From positions 65,730 to 129,729 of the forward strand of contig CAVSXK010000016.1 in NCBI GenBank assembly GCA_963731925.1: DNA of 64,000 nucleotides. The letters run 5' to 3'. A program made the translations under genes and the position numbers. The stretch is from an uncultured Actinomycetes bacterium (GTDB lineage: Bacteria; Actinomycetota; UBA4738; HRBIN12). The number at the start of each line of letters is the position of its first letter. Positions within the stretch are counted from its first letter, which is position 1. The notes under the pieces were generated by a model. It made no database searches. It worked only from the letters and a program-made list of their open reading frames with translations, and had not been told where the DNA came from. Shown in pieces: positions 63,621-64,000 of the stretch.

Positions 63621-63785
63621 CCGTGACTCCGTATCCGCGTCGGGCCCGCGCCCGGTGGTCTTCAGCGAAGCCGGATGAACCGGCTCTCGGAGTGAATGAT
63701 ACCCGCTGTTCCTCCGGTAGATCGGTCTTGAAACCGAAGGATATTCGGCCAGGACAGGCCCGGGATCAGGGAGTTCGAACCGGGT

Positions 63786-64000
63786 CAGCGGCGGCCGCGC
63801 GGGCCGCCCCGGCCGCCGTCGCGCCCGCCCATGCGTGGACGCCGCTCGAACCGGCCCTGGTCCTTCTCGGGCCGCGGCAGCCGAAGACGCAGGGGGGTGG
63901 GTCCGCTCCGTTCGTACCGAACCCAGATGTGATCGATCTCGCGCCGGCGCTCGACCTCGCGCCATCCGTCGGCGAGCAGGTGCTTGTGCCGCCCGGCGGC
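63786..64000 (-). CDS. 3' end of a gene with an RGG/Arg-rich C-terminal tail (possibly a DEAD-box helicase or other RNA-binding protein), partial
   Basis: The open frame ends ...ERRPRMGGRDGGRGGPRGRR* at 63786. It is truncated by the window edge. Confidence 0.35.

Overview
The window is a ~72% GC actinobacterial chromosome segment with almost no non-coding space. Gene content (TreT, a large 1602-aa NAD-GDH, GAF/PAS kinases) suggests a Rubrobacteria/Thermoleophilia-like organism; that placement is inference only.

The first half is conserved housekeeping synteny of the mycobacterial type: ftsH-folE-folP-folB-folK ... panC-coaX-lysS ... clpC, then radA-carD-ispD-ispF-rlmB-tRNA-Thr. It differs from the mycobacterial order by lacking panD, lsr2, disA and cysS, and by having a GAF histidine kinase plus CheY-like regulator in the lysS-clpC interval. 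The region between clpC and radA carries a class III nucleotidyl cyclase and a RIO-type kinase.

The middle holds a PLP aminotransferase, an orphan GAF-GAF-PAS kinase divergent from the NAD-GDH, and a trehalose module. That module is DUF3263-LytR_C-otsB on the plus strand facing otsA-treT-response regulator on the minus strand. An Rrf2 regulator, acs with a divergent zinc-ribbon mini-protein, an RTX-repeat protein and CIRCE-controlled groEL follow.

The last third is accessory-like and is where the unusual signals concentrate. It contains small overlapping ORFs, tandem paralogous 4-TM proteins with YjbQ, and an orphan GroES-like protein next to prmC. A ~3.7-kb cNMP-signalling block (M50 protease with cNMP domains, DUF2180 zinc ribbon, Crp-like regulator) has at least 12 frameshifts. 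After that come moaA with a mogA-xdhC fusion, and a cluster of two Cys-type sulfatases, two convergent PlcC/AcpA-family phosphoesterases, a secreted beta-barrel protein and a KamA-family radical-SAM aminomutase.

No CRISPR array, rRNA or obvious mobile element was seen; a single tRNA-Thr is present. I can propose no single new mechanistic system with confidence. The frameshift-dense cNMP block, the sulfatase/phosphoesterase/KamA cluster and the duplicated 4-TM/YjbQ unit are the stretches most worth a second look.
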